Assembly: GCA_028404505.1 (NCBI GenBank)
Contig: JAOOBM010000003.1
Location: 12,330-76,329 of the forward strand
Source of the DNA: Acidimicrobiaceae bacterium
GTDB taxonomy: Bacteria > Actinomycetota > Acidimicrobiia > Actinomarinales > Actinomarinaceae
DNA: 64,000 nucleotides
Direction: 5' to 3'
The notes beneath the pieces were generated by a model, which saw only the letters and a program-made list of their open reading frames with translations, was not told the DNA's origin and ran no database searches. Shown one piece after another: positions 47,812 through 57,763 of this stretch. Numbering within the stretch: the stretch's first letter is position 1; each line of letters begins with the position of its first letter. A program made the translations under genes and the position numbers.

Positions 47812-48638
47812 CCCTCTTTTAACTCATTAATAAATTTATCTAATTCACCATCATCCATTGATATTGTGTATTTTGAATTTGGATATTTACTATTTTCTAC
47901 ATCATTTTTAAATGCACTAATTGCTTCAGATCTTTCTAGTTTTAATTCATTTAAAATTTTATTACCATCACCCCATGATTTCGCATGTCTAGGCATCTTA
48001 ATATTTTTTGTTTCTCCAACAATGTCTTCAAAAAATAGAAATATAACATCACCACCAGAACCTGCGCCGAGAGAATTTAATACAAGATCGGTATGTTTAC
48101 TAATTTCAATCAAAGCATCTTCTGCGACGCATTCAACTTCTGCCCCAAATGCACCTGCATTCTCAAGATCTTTTAAATCTTTGAGTATTTCTAGTGCTTC
48201 ATTAACTGTTTTTCCTACTGTTCTTATACCTCCAAATTTTGTAGCATCTGATGGAACCATTCCTACATGTCCTTGAACGTGCATACCTTCATTAGCAAGC
48301 ATCTCAACAATTTCTGGGCTACGTGGGGTTAACACTGAATCAGCACCTTTCATTGCTACTTCAATAGCACCTTTTAAAATATCGTCTTTTGTTATGAATC
48401 TACCTGCAAATAAAGCTGCAGTAATGAATGTATTTGGAGCACCGTTTCTTACATCTTCATATGTATCACTTCCAGTGATGATCATGTCAATATTTTGCTC
48501 AGATAAGATTTCTGCTTCTTCTCTATTCTGTGCAGTTACCTGAGTCATTTTTACACCCTTTTTTTTATTTTCTACAATATCTCCAATAGTTAAATTTCTT
48601 TGAACCTGTTCATGTCCGTAGGTATAAATTCTTTTCAT
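47808..48638 (-). CDS. 3-methyl-2-oxobutanoate hydroxymethyltransferase (PanB) family protein, divergent
   Basis: GHVGMVPSDATKFGGIRTVGK, LENAGAFGAEVECVA and LGAGSGGDVIFLFFED align by eye with E. coli PanB blocks. The VGDSLGM block is not conserved. Confidence 0.55.
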   Translation of the reverse strand: MKRIYTYGHEQVQRNLTIGDIVENKKKGVKMTQVTAQNREEAEILSEQNIDMIITGSDTYEDVRNGAPNTFITAALFAGRFITKDDILKGAIEVAMKGADSVLTPRSPEIVEMLANEGMHVQGHVGMVPSDATKFGGIRTVGKTVNEALEILKDLKDLENAGAFGAEVECVAEDALIEISKHTDLVLNSLGAGSGGDVIFLFFEDIVGETKNIKMPRHAKSWGDGNKILNELKLERSEAISAFKNDVENSKYPNSKYTISMDDGELDKFINELKEG

Positions 48639-48703
48639 AGATACATTGTAGATTCATGGTATCTTGAGGTTCAAATCTGAAACGCAAATCATAGTGATAA
48701 CAT

Positions 48704-49657
48704 ATGTGTATGAAGGTTTACTTACAAGCAAGGGGAAGTTATGAATCGTTGCTTGATTTATCAATATGGTGTGAAAATAATAATATTGATCGTATTGGAT
48801 TACCCGATCATTATATCGTTGGTAAACAACGAAAAGATAAAAATGAACCAGCACCAGCTTTAGATTTATTAACCGCAATAGCTGGATTAGTTCGCGATAC
48901 AGAGTCAATGATATACTCCGTTTTAGTATCTCCAATTACATTCAGACATCCAAGTGTTCTTCTTAAAATGGCTACCACTATTAATGAAATGGCTAAGAAA
49001 AGATTTAGATTAGGTGTTGGAACTGGATGGTTAGAGATTGAGCATGAAGTATTTGGTATATATTTTCCAGATCTTAAAACAAGGTTTGAAATGTTACACG
49101 AGGCACTTGAATATATAACTCAAGGTATGTATGGAGAGAATAAGGGGATGAATGGTAAATATTATCAACTTGATAATGTTCCTTTACTTCCAAGTGCTCA
49201 AGGTGAAGTCCCAATAATTATTGGCGGTGGGGGAAAGAAAAAAACACCTACTCTTGCTGGTAAATATGCTGATGAATTTAATATCTATGCAGGACCTAAA
49301 GATGTACTAAAAAACAGTATTGACCTTTTCTATGATGTGGCAAATGAAAACAATAGGGATGTAAATAAACTTGAAGTTTCCACTGCCTGTCCTCCTGTAG
49401 TTGGATTTACAAAAAATGAAGTTGATAAATCATTAATTGGTGCAGCTAAATCTCTCATCCAGCCTAAAGATGAAATTGCTAAGAACTGGAAAGATAGAAG
49501 TTATTTATACGGAACTCCCGAAGAAATAGCTGAGACAATTGTGATGTGGAAAGATGCTGGAATTCAGTCCGTATATCTTCAGTTACTTGATTTAGACAAA
49601 AATAAAAGAGAGAACGATATTGAAGTTATTAGAAAAGCTGTTGAATTAGCTAGTTAA
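48704..49657 (+). CDS. LLM-class F420-dependent oxidoreductase
   Basis: RFRLGVGTGWLEIEHEVFG and C-terminal GTPEEIAETI..W...G. Luciferase-like family. Confidence 0.75.
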   Translation: MCMKVYLQARGSYESLLDLSIWCENNNIDRIGLPDHYIVGKQRKDKNEPAPALDLLTAIAGLVRDTESMIYSVLVSPITFRHPSVLLKMATTINEMAKKRFRLGVGTGWLEIEHEVFGIYFPDLKTRFEMLHEALEYITQGMYGENKGMNGKYYQLDNVPLLPSAQGEVPIIIGGGGKKKTPTLAGKYADEFNIYAGPKDVLKNSIDLFYDVANENNRDVNKLEVSTACPPVVGFTKNEVDKSLIGAAKSLIQPKDEIAKNWKDRSYLYGTPEEIAETIVMWKDAGIQSVYLQLLDLDKNKRENDIEVIRKAVELAS

Positions 49658-50392
49658 AATTCTAAGAGAGAGCAATATTGAGACTATTACAAGTATTGGT
49701 CTTATTAATTTGTCACCAACCTTTATTGCAGACTTTGAACCCAGATATGCTCCACCTGTTCCTCCTACTGCCATAATTAATCCGAGCTCCCACATTACGA
49801 AGCCTTGAAATGCAAATATAATAAATGCTGCAAAGTTAGAAGCAAAGTTTAATAATTTTGATGTTGCTGTTGATTCAAGAAGGGATTGATTCTTGAACAC
49901 GAGAAATAACATTACAAAAAATGAACCTGTCCCTGGTCCAAAAAAACCATCATAAAAACCAATTAGAAAAATTAGTGGTGTTAATAAAACTATATAATTG
50001 CTTAAGTCTGTCTTAACCTGTCTATTGATTATAAAAAATACGGCAACTGTTATTAATAAGATCGGAATTAAAGTTCTTAATATTTCATCCGAAAGTCTAC
50101 TAACCATTAAAGTTCCTGCTGATGATCCAATAAAAGACAATATAAAATATTTATTTCTATGTATATCTGTCAAATACCCGTTAACGTAGTAATTTCTTGA
50201 TGATGTAAATGTACTGAAAGAGGATTGAAATTTATTTGTACCTAACACTGTTAAAGGATTTATGCCTACTAACAACATCGATGGGGTAGTTAAAAGGCCA
50301 CCTCCACCAGCAATAGAGTCTATAAATGAAGCTAGTATAGAAATTCCAAAAAGAAATAAATATACTGCTTCAGTGTTATTTGTAATATCCAT
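49646..50392 (-). CDS. sulfite exporter TauE/SafE family protein
   Basis: Polytopic, with the repeated GGGG/GxGxG patterns (IAGGGGLLTTP, FFGPGTGSF) typical of TauE/SafE. Confidence 0.8.
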   Translation of the reverse strand: MDITNNTEAVYLFLFGISILASFIDSIAGGGGLLTTPSMLLVGINPLTVLGTNKFQSSFSTFTSSRNYYVNGYLTDIHRNKYFILSFIGSSAGTLMVSRLSDEILRTLIPILLITVAVFFIINRQVKTDLSNYIVLLTPLIFLIGFYDGFFGPGTGSFFVMLFLVFKNQSLLESTATSKLLNFASNFAAFIIFAFQGFVMWELGLIMAVGGTGGAYLGSKSAIKVGDKLIRPILVIVSILLSLRILTS

Positions 50393-50448
50393 AAAAAAAT
50401 TTAGAAAATTTTACTTGTTTATTTGATAATAGAACTAGATTTTTAATA

Positions 50449-50709
50449 ATGTTCGAATTAGTTGCAACAAGATTATTTCAAGGTTTTCTATCTGGTATAG
50501 GACTTGCTACATTATTTTATTTATATCCAATAATGAAACATATTCTAAATGATAAATACAGAAAGACATTTGAAATTTCTGAATATGGAAAAGAGCTTTT
50601 TAAGATTGAAACAATAAAATATTTAAGAAAAGGCCTTATCTATGGTTTCATATACGGTGCACTTGTGGGAACTGTAATTGGCCCTTTTGGTGCTGTTCTT
50701 GGCGTTTAG
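50449..50709 (+). CDS. small membrane protein, hypothetical
   Basis: 86-aa ORF with two hydrophobic segments. Confidence 0.3.
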   Translation: MFELVATRLFQGFLSGIGLATLFYLYPIMKHILNDKYRKTFEISEYGKELFKIETIKYLRKGLIYGFIYGALVGTVIGPFGAVLGV

Positions 50710-51227
50710 TGGCTTATAAGAAACCAAAAAATACAAATCTTTTTATTTTTCTAATCACAATCTTATTAATTGTTATCAACATACCTGAAGGATCAAGATC
50801 TACTGATTTAGGTAATTATAATTTAAATGATTCTGGGTCAACAAAATTGAACTTAAATATTTATGATGTACAAAAAATAGAGATCCACATAATTGATATT
50901 TATGAATCTGGTGATAAATTTTGTAAATTTGACGAGATATATATTTATGGCTCTTTAAAAAGTTCCGGAAAATTTGTAAGAATTCGTGTAAGTGAAGTAA
51001 CTGTAACAAAAGGTCTTAAAATTTTAAACAAAGCAGAAAGTGAACACTATTCGAAACAATTTTACCAAGAACCTATAGGAATTATATCAACAACTTTTCG
51101 TTGTAATAATGAAAGTATTTTTATTCAATTTGAGGAAAATTTAAATGTTGATTATTTACAATTTGTTCAGAATCAAGATAATTCTTACAAAGCATTTAGA
51201 ACACTCAATATCAAAGCATCATCTTGA
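50709..51227 (+). CDS. hypothetical membrane-anchored protein
   Basis: N-terminal TM helix. No recognisable family. Confidence 0.3.
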   Translation: MAYKKPKNTNLFIFLITILLIVINIPEGSRSTDLGNYNLNDSGSTKLNLNIYDVQKIEIHIIDIYESGDKFCKFDEIYIYGSLKSSGKFVRIRVSEVTVTKGLKILNKAESEHYSKQFYQEPIGIISTTFRCNNESIFIQFEENLNVDYLQFVQNQDNSYKAFRTLNIKASS

Positions 51228-51249
51228 TAAAAATAGTTATTATTCAGTT

Positions 51250-52713
51250 ATGAAATATTTTTTATCAATAGACCAGGGTACGACAAGTACAAGGTCAATT
51301 TTGTTTAATAGTGATGGTACCGTTGCCAACTCACATCAAATAGATATTACTCAGTATTTACCAGATAATAATTCAGTTGAACACGACCCTAAAGAAATAA
51401 TAGATTCAGTAACTAATTGTATTAAAAATGTTGTTAAAGATATAAATAATAATGAAATTGTAAGTATCGGAATTACAAATCAAAGAGAAACAACTCTTGC
51501 ATGGAGTAAATCTACAGGCAAGCCACTTCACAACGCCATAGTATGGCAAGATACAAGAACACAAAATATTTGTGATGAATTGATCGCAGATAAAGACCTA
51601 TCAGATCTTTTTATAAAAACAGGATTACCAGTTGCTACATATTTTTCTTTATCTAAGATTTTATGGCTTATACGCAATGTTCCTGATATTAAAAAGTCTT
51701 TGGAAGATGATGTTTGTTTTGGGACGATTGATAGTTGGCTAATATATAATTTAACCGGAAATTTCTATACAGATGTAACAAACGCATCCAGAACTCTTCT
51801 TTATGACTTATATGATATGGAATGGAGCAGTGATCTTTTAGAAAAATTAAATATACCTATCAACTCTTTACCAAAGGTAAAACCATCCTTTTCGAACTTT
51901 GGAGAGATGAAGGAGATAATACCGGGTGTTCCTGTTACTGCCATTTTAGGTGATCAACAAGCTGCATTATTTGGACAAAATTGTATTAACAAAGGTGATG
52001 TTAAAAATACTTATGGAACTGGTTGTTTTGCACTCACAAACACAGGAAATGAAATTGTTAAATCAAACAACGGATTGTTAGCAACTGTTGCTTATCAAAA
52101 AGAAGGAGAAGATCCAATGTTTGCATTGGAAGGCTCAGTTCCAATTGCTGGTGCTGCAGTCCAATGGTTAAGAGATAATCTAAATATTATCGATAAGAGT
52201 GAAGATATTGAATCATTAGCAATGTTGGAGAAAGATAATGGTGATGTGTATTTTGTCCCTGCTTTTTCAGGATTATTTTCTCCTCATTGGGACGAAACAG
52301 CAAGAGGTTCTTTATTTGGACTAACTAGATTTTCTAATAAATCACATTTAGCAAGAGCGGTGCTTGAATCTGTAGCATTTCAAACATACGAGTTACTTGA
52401 AAGTATGGAAAAAGATCTTGATACCAAATTTGACACTCTCAAAGTCGACGGGGGAATGGTTGCAAACAATTTATTAATGCAATTTCAATCAGATTTACTT
52501 GATAAATCTATTCAATCTCAAGAAATTAATGAGATTACTGCTCTTGGTGTAGGAGTGGCTAGTTATCTTTATGTTATGGATTTGCCACTTTCATCAATGG
52601 GAAATTATATTACGTCATCAAAGACTTGGAATCCTAACATGAGTAATGAGACAAGAATTAACTCTCTTGAATCTTGGTACAAAGCTATAGAAAAAGCTAA
52701 AAATTGGTTATAA
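51250..52713 (+). CDS. glpK: glycerol kinase
   Basis: MKYFLSIDQGTTSTRS start is typical of GlpK, as are ITNQRETT and GDQQAALFGQ. The track's upstream extension from 51145 was rejected. Confidence 0.9.
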   Translation: MKYFLSIDQGTTSTRSILFNSDGTVANSHQIDITQYLPDNNSVEHDPKEIIDSVTNCIKNVVKDINNNEIVSIGITNQRETTLAWSKSTGKPLHNAIVWQDTRTQNICDELIADKDLSDLFIKTGLPVATYFSLSKILWLIRNVPDIKKSLEDDVCFGTIDSWLIYNLTGNFYTDVTNASRTLLYDLYDMEWSSDLLEKLNIPINSLPKVKPSFSNFGEMKEIIPGVPVTAILGDQQAALFGQNCINKGDVKNTYGTGCFALTNTGNEIVKSNNGLLATVAYQKEGEDPMFALEGSVPIAGAAVQWLRDNLNIIDKSEDIESLAMLEKDNGDVYFVPAFSGLFSPHWDETARGSLFGLTRFSNKSHLARAVLESVAFQTYELLESMEKDLDTKFDTLKVDGGMVANNLLMQFQSDLLDKSIQSQEINEITALGVGVASYLYVMDLPLSSMGNYITSSKTWNPNMSNETRINSLESWYKAIEKAKNWL

Positions 52714-53069
52714 AGTTTATCACGCTTGGTTATGTTGGGTTTTTCGTAGTCGCTGGAATAAACCATTTTATAAATCCAATTTTTTACGACAAAATTGTAC
52801 CTGATTTTATTCCATTCCCACGTTTTGTTCATTTAGTAACAGGTGTAATCGAAATAATTCTCCCATTGTTCTTTTTTACAAGATTCAGAAAAGAAGCAGC
52901 TATTTTGATGATAGTTTTCCTTGTTGTTATTTATATTGGTAATTTAAATGTATGGATAAATGATCTACCTTATGGAAATCGCTATTTTTCAAATTATCAA
53001 CATTTCTTAAGAATGCTTTTGCAGCTTTTCTATATTGGAATAGCCTATATTATCTATTTATATGAATGA
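52704..53069 (+). CDS. small integral membrane protein (DoxX-like?)
   Basis: Four hydrophobic helices. The family call is weak. Confidence 0.35.
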   Translation: MVIKFITLGYVGFFVVAGINHFINPIFYDKIVPDFIPFPRFVHLVTGVIEIILPLFFFTRFRKEAAILMIVFLVVIYIGNLNVWINDLPYGNRYFSNYQHFLRMLLQLFYIGIAYIIYLYE

Positions 53070-54333
53070 ACTTACATTTCCAGAAAAATTTCTCTTTGGT
53101 ACAGCTGTAGCATCATATCAGGTCGAAGGTGGAATTTACAATAATGATTGGACTATTTGGGAAAATAAATTTAACTCTGTTTGTGTAGAACCATGTAATG
53201 AAGCATGTAAACATTATGAAATGTTAGACCAAGATATAGAGCTTCTTAAAGAACTTGGTATAAAAGCTTTTAGATTCTCAATAGAATGGAGCAGGATCGA
53301 GCCTTCAGAAGGAAATTTCGATACTGACGCAATTAATCATTATGTAGAAAAAGCAAAAAAATTAATTGCAAACAACATTACTCCTATAATTACTTTTCAT
53401 CATTTCACCACTCCTGAATGGCTATACAAGAAGGATTCTTGGCTCAATCCAAATGCCGATAATTATTTTGACAATTATGTTGAGAAATTAATGGAGTACT
53501 TACCAAATGAAATTGAATATTTTAATACAATAAATGAGCCAGGAATATTTGCCTTCTTTGGTTATTTTTCAACTAATAAATTCCCTCCAGGTATAGCTAA
53601 TGAAACAAAATTCATACAAGCATCAGAAAATATTATGTCTGCTCACAAAAAGGCATTAAAGACAATAAAAAAATATAATCAAAATGCAAAAGTTGGCATG
53701 ACTCATGCTTTACAAGAATGGGAAGATGATGATAATAATAAGTTAAAGGAATATTTGAAATATCATCTTGAGGATAAATTTTTAGATGCTTCAATAGATT
53801 ACGACTTCATAGGTTTACAAACATATACAATCGTAAGATACCCAAATAATATTTTTTTAAAGATCTTTAATTTTTTACTTTTAAATATTGGATTTATAAG
53901 AAAATTTATATTACCTCGTATTATTCAAATTTTTGCAGGAAGAAATGGTGCAATTACAAGCGAAACTCGTACAACAAAAATGGGGTATGAATATAGACCA
54001 GAAGCAGTGCTATATAACTTAAGGAGATTAAATAATATTTTTCCTGATAAAGAAATTTTTATTACCGAAAATGGCATAGCAACAGACAATGACGATGAAA
54101 GAATCGAGTTTGTAACTACTGTATTACAGGATGTCTACCGATTTCAAGCTGAACATAATAATGTAATTGGTTATCTGTATTGGTCATTGTTAGATAATTT
54201 TGAATGGGACCTTGGGTATCAAATGAACTTTGGTTTAGTAGAGGTTGATAAGGAAACATATGAACGAATACCTCATAAATCAGCTTCTTGGTTTGGCAAT
54301 ATTTCATCTTCAAACGTTTTATCTATTAAATAA
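53062..54333 (+). CDS. glycoside hydrolase family 1 (beta-glucosidase-like)
   Basis: FGTAVASYQVEGG, acid/base TINEP, nucleophile ITENG, WSLLDNFEW. Confidence 0.85.
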   Translation: MNELTFPEKFLFGTAVASYQVEGGIYNNDWTIWENKFNSVCVEPCNEACKHYEMLDQDIELLKELGIKAFRFSIEWSRIEPSEGNFDTDAINHYVEKAKKLIANNITPIITFHHFTTPEWLYKKDSWLNPNADNYFDNYVEKLMEYLPNEIEYFNTINEPGIFAFFGYFSTNKFPPGIANETKFIQASENIMSAHKKALKTIKKYNQNAKVGMTHALQEWEDDDNNKLKEYLKYHLEDKFLDASIDYDFIGLQTYTIVRYPNNIFLKIFNFLLLNIGFIRKFILPRIIQIFAGRNGAITSETRTTKMGYEYRPEAVLYNLRRLNNIFPDKEIFITENGIATDNDDERIEFVTTVLQDVYRFQAEHNNVIGYLYWSLLDNFEWDLGYQMNFGLVEVDKETYERIPHKSASWFGNISSSNVLSIK

Positions 54334-54354
54334 TATTCTTTTAAACTATAAGTT

Positions 54355-55068
54355 ATGGTCTATATTATTGCAGGAGCTACTGGAGTTGTAGGTAGTGCTA
54401 TATCAAAAGAATTAGCCAAGGAAAACGAAGTTCATCTAATTGGAAGAGATAAAGAAAAACTTTCTGCCTTAAGTAAAGAAATCGATGCCCAGTATTCAGT
54501 TATTGACTTAACTAACACCGTAGAACAACGTGAATTTTCTAAAATAATTCCTGACGATAAAGAAATTAAAGGTCTTGTAAATTGCATAGGTTCAATCTTG
54601 ATAAAACCTTTACACGGAACTAAGACTGAAGAGTTTGAAGAAGTGTTGAGAGTAAACCTTTTTTCTAGTTATTATCTTTTAAGTTCATTTGCTAGACGTA
54701 TGAAAAATGGTTCTGCAATATTTTTCTCATCTGTTGCAGGAACTAAAGGACTTTCTAATCACGAAGCTATTGCAGCTGCTAAAGCTGGATTAGAAGGTAT
54801 GGCAAGATCAGCTGCGGCTTCTTATGCAAAAGATAATCTTCGAGTAAACGTTATTGCACCGGGACTTATGGATACGAATATGAGTCAACGATTACTAGCA
54901 ACAGAACAAGCAAGAGAATTATCAAAATCAATGTATCCAATACAAAAAATTGGTGATTTTAATGATATACTTCCTGTTGTAAAATGGTTGTTATCAGAAG
55001 ACTCAAAATGGGTTACTGGTCAAACTATACATGTTGATGGGGGTCTATCAACGGTTAAGCCGAGATAG
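54355..55068 (+). CDS. SDR family oxidoreductase
   Basis: GATGVVGSAI, SSVAG, and a catalytic region with AAAKAG. Confidence 0.75.
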   Translation: MVYIIAGATGVVGSAISKELAKENEVHLIGRDKEKLSALSKEIDAQYSVIDLTNTVEQREFSKIIPDDKEIKGLVNCIGSILIKPLHGTKTEEFEEVLRVNLFSSYYLLSSFARRMKNGSAIFFSSVAGTKGLSNHEAIAAAKAGLEGMARSAAASYAKDNLRVNVIAPGLMDTNMSQRLLATEQARELSKSMYPIQKIGDFNDILPVVKWLLSEDSKWVTGQTIHVDGGLSTVKPR

Positions 55069-55074
55069 GAGAAT

Positions 55075-55437
55075 ATGTCAGATATAAAATATTTAGAAAC
55101 TCATGAGTGGTATCTCATGAAAGATGACGAAATTACAGTTGGTATATCCGATTTTGCTCAAAACGAGTTAGGAGATATTGTTTATGTAACATTGCCTGAA
55201 GTTGGACAAGAGTTTGAAAAGGGTGCAGCAGTAGTTGAAGTTGAAGCAACTAAAACTGTTGCAGATGCATATGCACCGATGGATTGCACTATTACAGATG
55301 TAAACTCACAACTTGAAACTGAGCCTGAGACCATCAATAATGATCCATGCGGTGATGGGTGGATGTTTAAAGCAAAAGTAAATACTGTTGATGATTCAGG
55401 AATGTCTTATCAAGAGTATGAGACTTTTGTATCTTAA
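55075..55437 (+). CDS. gcvH: glycine cleavage system H protein
   Basis: Lipoyl-lysine context VEVEATKTVADAYAP. AGGAG SD upstream. Confidence 0.9.
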   Translation: MSDIKYLETHEWYLMKDDEITVGISDFAQNELGDIVYVTLPEVGQEFEKGAAVVEVEATKTVADAYAPMDCTITDVNSQLETEPETINNDPCGDGWMFKAKVNTVDDSGMSYQEYETFVS

Positions 55438-56456
55438 TGGATAAAAAAACTACTCAACTACATAAATATCATCTATCTCAAGAAGCTAAGTTTATTGATT
55501 TTGGTGATTGGTCAATGCCTTTTTCTTATGAAGGTACTTTAAAAGAACATGATATTGTTAGAACATCATCAGGTTTTTTTGACGTATCTCACATGGGTCG
55601 TTTAGAGATCCAATATTCTGAAATTGAAAAAATATCAAAATTAATTTGTTCTGAAATTATCGATATTCCGTCTAACAAGGCACTATATTCTATCTTTACA
55701 AACGCAGATGGCAATGCTCTTGATGATGTTATTTTTTGGAAATTTGATGATAAGATCATACTGATTCCAAATGCATCTAACTTAGAAAAGATTAAATCTC
55801 ACTTAGTTGCACACAATGTTGAGTTTATTGATAAATCACCAGATACTGTTCTTATAGCCGTACAAGGACCAGATACTATTGAATTAATTCAAGATAGATT
55901 TGAGATTCCAGATAAGTTTTCAACAAATTTTACAGAAAGCTTTCTTTACGCTCGAACAGGTTATACGGGAGAAGATGGAGTCGAAATTCTGGCAAACAAT
56001 GAGGACGCAGAGTCATTATTAACGTTCTTAACAGAAAAAGGTGTAAAACCTTGTGGATTAGGTTCTAGAGATACACTCAGGCTAGAGGCATCACTTCCAT
56101 TATATGGTTTTGAACTGACAGAAGATATCACACCTGTTGAGGCATCTCTAAATTGGACAATTACTAATAAAAATGAGTATTTAGGTTCAAATAGAATAAA
56201 TGATCAATTGTCCGGTGAAAGCCATAAAGTTTTAAAGAAATTTACAATTGACTCAAGAAAGATAGCAAGAACAGAAACTGTTGGTATTGCTGGAGAAACT
56301 AAGGGTTTAGTTACTTCTGGTAACTTCTCCCCAGTATTAAATAAAAGTATTGGCTTTATATTATTTGAAAATATGCCCTCTCACGATTTAATAGAGTTTG
56401 ATATTCGTGGTAATTTAATAGAAGGCAATATAGTTAATAAGAGGTTTTTAAGTTAA
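55437..56456 (+). CDS. gcvT: glycine cleavage system aminomethyltransferase
   Basis: FDVSHMGRL, TGYTGEDGVEI, GLGSRDTLRLEA. Confidence 0.9.
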   Translation: MDKKTTQLHKYHLSQEAKFIDFGDWSMPFSYEGTLKEHDIVRTSSGFFDVSHMGRLEIQYSEIEKISKLICSEIIDIPSNKALYSIFTNADGNALDDVIFWKFDDKIILIPNASNLEKIKSHLVAHNVEFIDKSPDTVLIAVQGPDTIELIQDRFEIPDKFSTNFTESFLYARTGYTGEDGVEILANNEDAESLLTFLTEKGVKPCGLGSRDTLRLEASLPLYGFELTEDITPVEASLNWTITNKNEYLGSNRINDQLSGESHKVLKKFTIDSRKIARTETVGIAGETKGLVTSGNFSPVLNKSIGFILFENMPSHDLIEFDIRGNLIEGNIVNKRFLS

Positions 56457-57763
56457 TGTTTGTACCACATTCTGAGTTAGATTTAAAAAAGATGTTCGAT
56501 GAGTTAAAAATTAATTCATTAGATGATCTATTTACTCATATTCCTGACGCATTACTGCTAGAAAATGGTCTTGATTTGCCTGAATCATTATCAGAACTGG
56601 AGTCCATTGATTATTTTGATGATATTGCAGCTCGTAATAAATCAGAATTAGTTTGTTTTGCTGGTGGAGGTCATTACGACGTATATCTTCCACAAACAGT
56701 TAAATCACTAACTATGAGACCTGAATTTATGACATCATATACTCCATATCAAGCAGAAATATCTCAAGGGATTCTACAAGTTTTATTTGAATTTCAATCG
56801 TTAGTATGTGATTTAACTGACATGGAATTAGCTAATGCATCTTTATACGATGGTGCAACTTCTATAGCTGAAGCGATCTCAGTTGCAATTAACAAAACAA
56901 AACGTGATGGAGTTGTTATATCATCGGGTTTAAATCCAAATAGTAAAGAAGTTATCAATACATTAATTGATAGAAATAAATTCAATTTAGATTATGTAGA
57001 TTTGGATAACTTTTTATTTCCAACAAATTTTGAATTTGATGAATCTCAGGCTGCATTTGTAGTTTCTTACCCTCACTACGAAGGTTCATGTCAAGATTTA
57101 TCTGTACTTGTTGAACGAGCAAAAGAAAAAGGTCTTGTAACTATTTGTTATGTTGACCCATCAATGTTGGGAGTACTTACAACACCCGGACAAATGGGTT
57201 TTGACATTATTGTTGCGGAGGGACAATCATTAGGATCTCCGTTATCTTTTGGTGGTCCAACAGTTGGTTGGTTTGCTACAAAAAAAGAGTTTGCTCGATT
57301 AGTTCCAGGAAGATTAATAGGTGAGTCTAGAGATAAAGATGGAAATAAATCTTATGTCATGACTTTAAGAGCTAGGGAACAAGACATCAGAAGAGAAAAA
57401 GCTTCATCTAATATATGTACTAATCAAACTCTTAATGCAATTGGTTCAGCAATACATCTTTCCTGGCTTGGACCTGAGGGCATCTTTGAAATGGGATATC
57501 ATGCTATTCAAAAAGCTAATTATATGAGAAAACAGCTTATAAAAAATGGTTATGTAATTCCCAATGATGATTCAAGTTTGAGAGAGTTCCTGCTTGAAGT
57601 AAAGTCTGACGCCGCAGAAGTAATCCAAAAAATGGGTGATAAAGGTTTTCTTGCAGGAATTTTATATGATGAAAAGCACATACTTGTTGCTGTGACTGAA
57701 AAACGCAAAAAAAACGAGATCGATAATTATATAGAATCACTGATGGAGGTTGATAATGGTTAG
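56456..57763 (+). CDS. gcvPA: glycine dehydrogenase (decarboxylating) subunit 1
   Basis: TSYTPYQAEISQG, LYDGATS, REQDIRREKASSNICTNQ. Confidence 0.9.
   Translation: MFVPHSELDLKKMFDELKINSLDDLFTHIPDALLLENGLDLPESLSELESIDYFDDIAARNKSELVCFAGGGHYDVYLPQTVKSLTMRPEFMTSYTPYQAEISQGILQVLFEFQSLVCDLTDMELANASLYDGATSIAEAISVAINKTKRDGVVISSGLNPNSKEVINTLIDRNKFNLDYVDLDNFLFPTNFEFDESQAAFVVSYPHYEGSCQDLSVLVERAKEKGLVTICYVDPSMLGVLTTPGQMGFDIIVAEGQSLGSPLSFGGPTVGWFATKKEFARLVPGRLIGESRDKDGNKSYVMTLRAREQDIRREKASSNICTNQTLNAIGSAIHLSWLGPEGIFEMGYHAIQKANYMRKQLIKNGYVIPNDDSSLREFLLEVKSDAAEVIQKMGDKGFLAGILYDEKHILVAVTEKRKKNEIDNYIESLMEVDNG

Noticed and set aside
48639-48664. Inverted repeat AGATAC-N14-GTATCT in the PanB-like / LLM divergent region
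   Set aside because: The arms are only 6 bp in AT-rich DNA, which is expected by chance and not supported by anything else.
51145-51249. 35-codon upstream extension of glpK in the ORF track
   Set aside because: It overlaps the end of the preceding ORF. GlpK homologs begin at the MKYFLSIDQGTTSTRS-type N-terminus, and a -10-like TATTAT sits 6 nt before ATG 51250.
54334-55074. Search for a glycine riboswitch upstream of the gcvH-T-PA-PB operon
   Set aside because: gcvH starts 6 nt after an SDR gene, and that gene starts 21 nt after the GH1 gene. There is no room for a riboswitch, and none was recognised.
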